Source: Elsinoe ampelina (lineage: Eukaryota). Taken from it: DNA of 64,000 bases. Location: positions 220,506-284,505 of the forward strand of contig ML992508.1 in assembly GCA_010093995.1 (NCBI GenBank), in the 5' to 3' direction. Shown here in pieces: positions 58,459 through 64,000 of the stretch (within the stretch, counting starts at the first letter, position 1; every line of letters begins with the position of its first letter). A program made the position numbers and the translations under genes. Below the pieces are notes generated by a model that saw only the letters and a list, made by a program, of their open reading frames with translations, had not been told where the DNA came from and ran no database searches.

Positions 58459-58957
58459 ATGTCGGTCGAAGATGAAGGATACAAGATTGCTTTCGAAGAG
58501 ATGAAGGCTTCTTTTGACGAAGGAGGTCACCCAATCGGGTCAAGCATAGTAGGGGCAGATGGCACAATCATTGGTCGAGGTCGCAATATGAGGATCCAGA
58601 ACGGCTCTCCTATTCTGCACGTGAGTGACCATGTCCATCACGGTCTTTGCTTGACATCATTCTCATGCGTAATTCCAGGGTGAGACGGCAGCTTTTGATT
58701 CGGTGCGAGACAAACCTTCATCCATCTTCAAGGGCTCGACATTATACACTACTCTTTCGCCATGTCCAATGTGCGCAGGCTCTATGGTCTGGTTCGGTGT
58801 CAAGACAGTTGTGATCGGAGACAATGTACACATGTCCGGCCGGGAGGACTTCCTACGGCAGCACGGCATAGAGGTCATCGTCCAAAACGACCAGAAGACG
58901 ATCGACCTGCTATCCAAGTACATTGAGGAGAATCCGGAAAAATGGTCAGATGTCTAG
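58459..58957 (+). CDS. FCY1: Cytosine deaminase, 2 exons (intron 58621-58679)
   Basis: EGGHPIGS, GRNMRIQNGSPILH|GE and YTTLSPCPMC zinc-binding motifs. Confidence 0.9.
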
Positions 58958-59124
58958 CTTCCGATTATGCCATGATCTAACGTGAACGATCAGGCGGACA
59001 GGATAAGCTGCGGAATACAGACGACGTTACGACAGATCCATGCATGAAATCCAGCCATTTTCTGTTCATGCTCCGAATGCCTTGCAAACATTCACCCCAT
59101 CGCCTTCGTCCATTAGTGACAAGA

Positions 59125-59969
59125 TCAAACCTGCGGCAACGCATGCAACGGTCGTGGTTGGCGATCGAAATCAGATGGACAGAATCTCCATGCACCTTTG
59201 TTGTACCCAGCGAACCACCACTTGACCGCCAGAGGAACCACGAAAGGCACAGGTGGGAAGTTCTCCGAACCAGCATGAGTCTTGTCGCAATTCCCCAGTG
59301 CAAAAGGGAAAACATCATACTAACAGAGGTCAGTCATGTCCAAGTGATTTGACAAGATGCACCCACCAATACATCCAATCTACCTGAAGCCTTGGCCGCG
59401 TTCTCCGCTTCTTTGAATCCCTTCATCACTAGATCGCTGTCAAATCTCGTGAAGCTTCTGAGCAATTCGATCTCATCCATAAGATGCTCCAGCATGGCTG
59501 GAGCGAAGCCGTCAAGAATATTCTTGATTTCGTCCCATTTATAGGTGGTATCGTCGGCCAGCATCTCTTTGGCTCGGACTCCAAGTCGCTCGAGTCCGTC
59601 GTGGAACAACTCATGCTGTTTGCCCGAGTGATCGAAAAGACCTTTGTCGCCCAAGATCTCGGCCATCCGCGGGAACATGACTGTCTCCTCCGTGTGATGA
59701 TGATGGTCGACCGTGCGGACAAAGGCAGCAATGTAGACCAGGAAATCTCGAACGTCTTGTTTGTTATGAGTGGCGACGTATGGACCTTGTAAGAGTATCG
59801 AGTTGAGGCCACGGATGATCACGTTGTGAGCAAGAGCCATTTCGTTGGCTGAGTAGAGGGCACCATGCGACCTGATATCTTCCAGAGTCGATGGAATGAC
59901 AATCAATGGATGAGGGCAATCTGCCCAGCTGGAAAGGGAGTGCTGCTGATTGGTCTTGGTAGCAATCAT
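59125..59969 (-). CDS. Hemerythrin/HHE cation-binding domain protein, 2 exons
   Basis: EMALAHNVIIRGLNSI, HHHHTEETVMFP, QHELFHDGL, HLMDEI; exon 2 YDVFPFALGNCDKT...GAWRFCP. Confidence 0.85.
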
Positions 59970-60772
59970 GGTTTGTGATGTTATGAAGCTTTTCTAATCT
60001 GGAGATGGAAGAAGACGATGGGCCAAATGAAGTATCACGGTGGGAAATGGTGCTCTTATTACCTACCAGTCTCGTTCCATAGATTATCCCGACGACAGAT
60101 GCACATGTTTGACGTCCTATAGCTCGCATCTGAGTGGTCCACACTGCAAGTCAGCAACGTCGGGGAGAGCCACTCGGCGTCAGCAAAGGCTGTGAGTGAA
60201 CCATGTGCACGGTCGACCTCCAGCTGAAATGCGGCGAGCCCGGTGGCTTGATTATCTTCGAGAGTCATACTCTACGGCTCCAATCGAATGTCACGTTGGC
60301 TGCAAAAGTAAATATGGTACAGCCGGGTACTCTGACATCGGACATTAGAATTGCCCGATTTGGAGCAACCGTGGCTCCATTCGAACAATCGGCTCAACGG
60401 AGACTCGAGGCGATAATCGTTCCAAGAAGAGTTCGCATTGTTTCGACTAATTAACGGCATCGAGTTGTCTAGATGGCAGAAGATGCATGAGTGCTGGAAA
60501 GAATGCTAGGAGGGAAGATCTTCTCGAGGTCCACAAATAGCCCTTCGACTCGTGAGATCGCCCGTTCGGCCAAATTCGCATGACTCGCGAGAAGCTTAAA
60601 CTCCAGACCCACACGAGCTTCGACCCTGCAGCTGCATAACGAGCCGCAACTTGGTCAACAGGACCTCGATGTTGTGAAGGACTCGTTTCGCATGTCTCAG
60701 CCATGTAAAGACGTCGAGGATTAGACATGGTCTATATCATACGGTGACAGGAGTACTTCGTCTGTCGTTCCG

Positions 60773-62527
60773 ATGGAGACTATCACTCTTGCGCCGTCGT
60801 CGGCCACGAGCCAGTCTCCGAAGCTCACGAAGAAGCCGTCTCTCGGCGATATCAGATTGGGCAGTTCTGAAAAGAAGGTCTATGGGTGTGGTATGTACAG
60901 TCGGGGGAACTGAGAGAGACTGGTCTGACTCGGACAGATCACGCAAAGGACTTTCTCGACAATGCGCGAGCTGAGGCGACTAAGCAATACACCAGAATCA
61001 TTCAGGCAATCAACAAGGACAACAACCTCGCGGTACGCATACCAAAGGTCGCCTCGGGTACAGCACCCTTCACACTTCGCCCAACATGGCTATGTCTACA
61101 ATGTCCGAATGTCGCCACTTCAGATACAAGAGATTTGCATGACAAGGCGCACAAGTTCTGTAAGAGCAGTCGTGTCACATGGTGACGGAAAGGAAATCGC
61201 ATACTGATATCAGACAGGCGCCGAGTCGTCATCTGGTCATATATACTGCCGGACATGCGCCGACATTATTCACGATCCTTACTTCTCCGAGATCCGGCTG
61301 CTGCGCGGACGAAAACGCTCTTACTCGACCTTCCGCAGCGACGTCGATACTAAGATCCTCGCCGCAAACTCGTCCCCAGTACCATGCCGTGCTCTTGGTC
61401 TCCGTGGGCTGTACAACATGGGACAGACATGCTTTATGTCGGTGATCCTTCAGTCACTCATACACAACCCCTTCATCCGCGCCTACTACCTTTCTGAATC
61501 TCACCGCTCGTCCGAATGTGAGCGAGAGTGCTGCACTTCCTGCGCCATGGACGACATATTCTCCGAATTCCACAGTCAAGAGAAGGCAGAAGGATACGGT
61601 CTGGTAGCCATGCTGCAGTCCTCCTGGCGAGGCGGCGGCTCATTAGCAGGCTACCAACAACAAGACGCCCACGAATACCTCCAATTCATCCTCAATGCCC
61701 TCCACACAGCGAATCTCGAGACCGACGAGAAGGAAGAGAAAGCCGAAGACTGCCAATGCATCATCCACCGCACCTTCTGCGGCATCCTCCAATCCACCGT
61801 CACCTGCAGCAAATGCAAAAACGTCACCACCGCAAAGGACCCCTTCATGGACCTCTCCCTCGACGTCAAAATCCCTGGTCAAGGCAAGAAAAAAGGCAAC
61901 ACAATCTCCATGACGACCGGCAAAGAAGATAAAAAGAAGGACAAGGATAAAGAGAAAGCCAACGCCAACGACGAGAAACCCTCCATGTCCCTCCTCGAAT
62001 GCTTCGACCGCTTCACCAGCGCCGAGTCCCTCCCAGCAACAGACTACACCTGCCGGAAATGCGACGCCCAACAAGCGGCCACCAAACGCCTGAGCCTCGC
62101 TCGTCTCCCGCCCGTCCTCCCCGTGCATCTGAAACGCTTCAGCCACTCCAAGAACAGCGGGCAGGGCATTAAACTCGACACCAAAGTCCGCTTCGGGACG
62201 AGCGTGGATCTCTCCGCTTACATTCGGGGCAATGTAGGGAAGAAAGACACGGCGAAGGAGAAGAAGGAGAAGGACAAGGACAAGGATAAAGACAAGGGCG
62301 ATAAAGATGAAACCGAGGACAAGAAAGGCAACAGACCCATCTACGAACTCAGCTCGGTCATCGTGCACAAGGGCAAGATGGACAGTGGGCACTATATTAG
62401 TTTCTCGAGGGTGTACGACGAGTGGTTCATGTTTGACGATTCGAAAGTGGTGCTGGTCGACGAGAACGAAGTGTTGGCGTCCGAGGCGTATATGTTGTTT
62501 TATGTGGTGAGGGATATTGATGTTTAG
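60773..62527 (+). CDS. UBP8: Ubiquitin C-terminal hydrolase with zf-UBP-like N-terminus (SAGA DUB Ubp8-like); start uncertain
   Basis: CLQC...YCRTC zinc finger; GLRGLYNMGQTCFMSVILQSL Cys box; QQDAHEYL; VHKGKMDSGHY His box; introns ~60891-60938 and ~61160-61218. Confidence 0.88.
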
Positions 62528-62660
62528 TCCTCGGTCGCACAGGCCAGGGGTTTTCTGGGAGGGGAGTGAGGGCAGGGCAAAGGGCAGTTTACGCATTTTA
62601 CGATCAAGCCTTGATGGCAACTCCTTGTTTCTATACAGTGCGTGGATAAAGGTTTCTTCT

Positions 62661-64000
62661 CTACTGGTCGTCGATGACGTGCAGGTACTTTTTCTCTTCA
62701 CGCTTCTCGCGCTCTGTCATGGGTGGGAGGTCGTAGTAGGCTGAGCTGCGGTAGCCTTGCTGTTTGAGTTGTCAGTGCGTGATTGCACGTGAGATCGTGA
62801 CTGGGTTTACGTACGAGGTATTTAAAGGTGAAGCGGGCAAGATCACCCGGCTCAATGTCGAGGTCGGCGAAGGTCTTGGCCTTCGGATCAATGACCTGGT
62901 CAAGGAACTCACGGACGACTTGGTCCCTGCTGGTCGTGGGCCACCAAAGAGCCTTATTGAGTACGTCGGCCAAGGGTGCCATGATCTGTCGCGGCACGTT
63001 GATGTGTCTCCTCTGCTTCATGATTTCGCGCTCCACGAGTTCGCGGATATGCGCCATACTGTAGACCTTGGGGCCGTACAGTTCGTATGTCTCACCAGCG
63101 GTGCTGTCGTCGTAGAGCATTTTCTCGAGCGCCTCACCAACATCGATGACGTGGACTGGCGCAAACCTCTCTTGGAAGTTGTTGGATGTGAGAAGGTTGC
63201 CAGGTTTGGCGAGACGGTGAAGGAGACGATCCTCGAAGCCGAACATTGGTGCTGGTCGAACAAGGGTAGTCTCTGGGAACACATCTCGGACAACTTGCTC
63301 GCCTCGGGCTTTGGTTCGGTAGAATGCTGATGGTGAATCGGTGAGGGCGGAATGTGATGAGACATGCACGAAGCGGTCGACATCGTATTTCGCAACAGCC
63401 TCTGCGATCTTGTGCGCGCCATCCACATGTACATCCTCGAAGTCGAAGTTCTTCGTTTCGTAGTCACGGCCAATGAGGTTGTAGACGATGTCCGAGTGTC
63501 GTACGGACTCTTCTATCGATGCAGTGTTGCGGAGATCATATTCCTGGTGTGGTCAGCACATATTCAGTACCTGTTGGGCACATAGCGCACAATAAAAACC
63601 ACCCGACCCAGATCGCCCGACACCTTTAAGTGCCTCTTTGCCATCTCCTCTCGAAAGGGAACCACGACTGTGCATCCTGATCTTGCTATCGCCTTGTCAG
63701 ATCTTGTATTTCCCACTTCTCGCTTGCCTCATACCGAGCCTGTTGACAATATACCGTCCTAGAAACCCCGTAGCGCCAAAGACCGTAGCTGTGTGTCCTA
63801 TTCGCATGTTATTTTTGTGCTTGGTTCGTTGTGCCTTCGGAGACCATACCACCCAGTGAAGATCTGTTCAACTGTCAGAAGAGCTTTGAGGAACACACTG
63901 AGAAATTTCTCACCTTCCACCAGAGATCCTGATAATTGGCTTGCCTGTCCTTGTGATCGCAATGTCCTGAACGGATCGCTTGCTAGTTGTCGACAGGTTT
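62661..64000 (-). CDS. NADH:ubiquinone oxidoreductase 40-kDa subunit (NDUFA9 homolog), 5' end beyond the window
   Basis: GHTATVFGATGFLGRYIVN, HLKVSGDLG, VYNLIGRDYETKNF, VRPAPMFGFEDR; C-terminus YYDLPPMTEREKREEKKYLHVIDDQ*. Confidence 0.94.

Noticed and set aside
61643..62701. Long antisense ORFs (352 aa opposite UBP8, and similar ones opposite the MFS and other genes)
   Set aside because: Shadow ORFs produced by GC-rich codon bias of the real genes.

Overview
This is a gene-dense window from a filamentous ascomycete genome, judged from short (~48-56 nt) GT-AG introns with CTRAY branch sites and RIP-like AT-rich islands; the species cannot be named from sequence alone. Housekeeping genes include ARP3, SEN54, VPS11, a DDHD phospholipase, tubulin cofactor D, cytosine deaminase, UBP8 and the complex I 40-kDa subunit. 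Accessory genes include two tandem F-box-like paralogs, a secreted FAD oxidoreductase paired with a PTH11-like gene, a WSC/GH105/GH51 carbohydrate trio, an SRPK-like kinase, an MFS transporter and a hemerythrin protein. There is also a RIP-inactivated Tc1/mariner-type transposon and a 44-50 kb patch of decayed genes. The most unusual object is a tRNA-Phe(GAA) gene at 22502-22657 with two interruptions: a normal tRNA intron at 37/38, and a 49-nt insertion at the non-canonical 31/32 position that looks like a spliceosomal intron (GTAAGT ... GCTGAT ... but ending CG, not AG). Other unexplained structure includes a duplicated TCTGGTAG-N17-CTACCAGA palindrome and a recurrent C-rich to G-rich switch at gene 3' ends. 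All calls come from reading and motif recognition; no searches were run.
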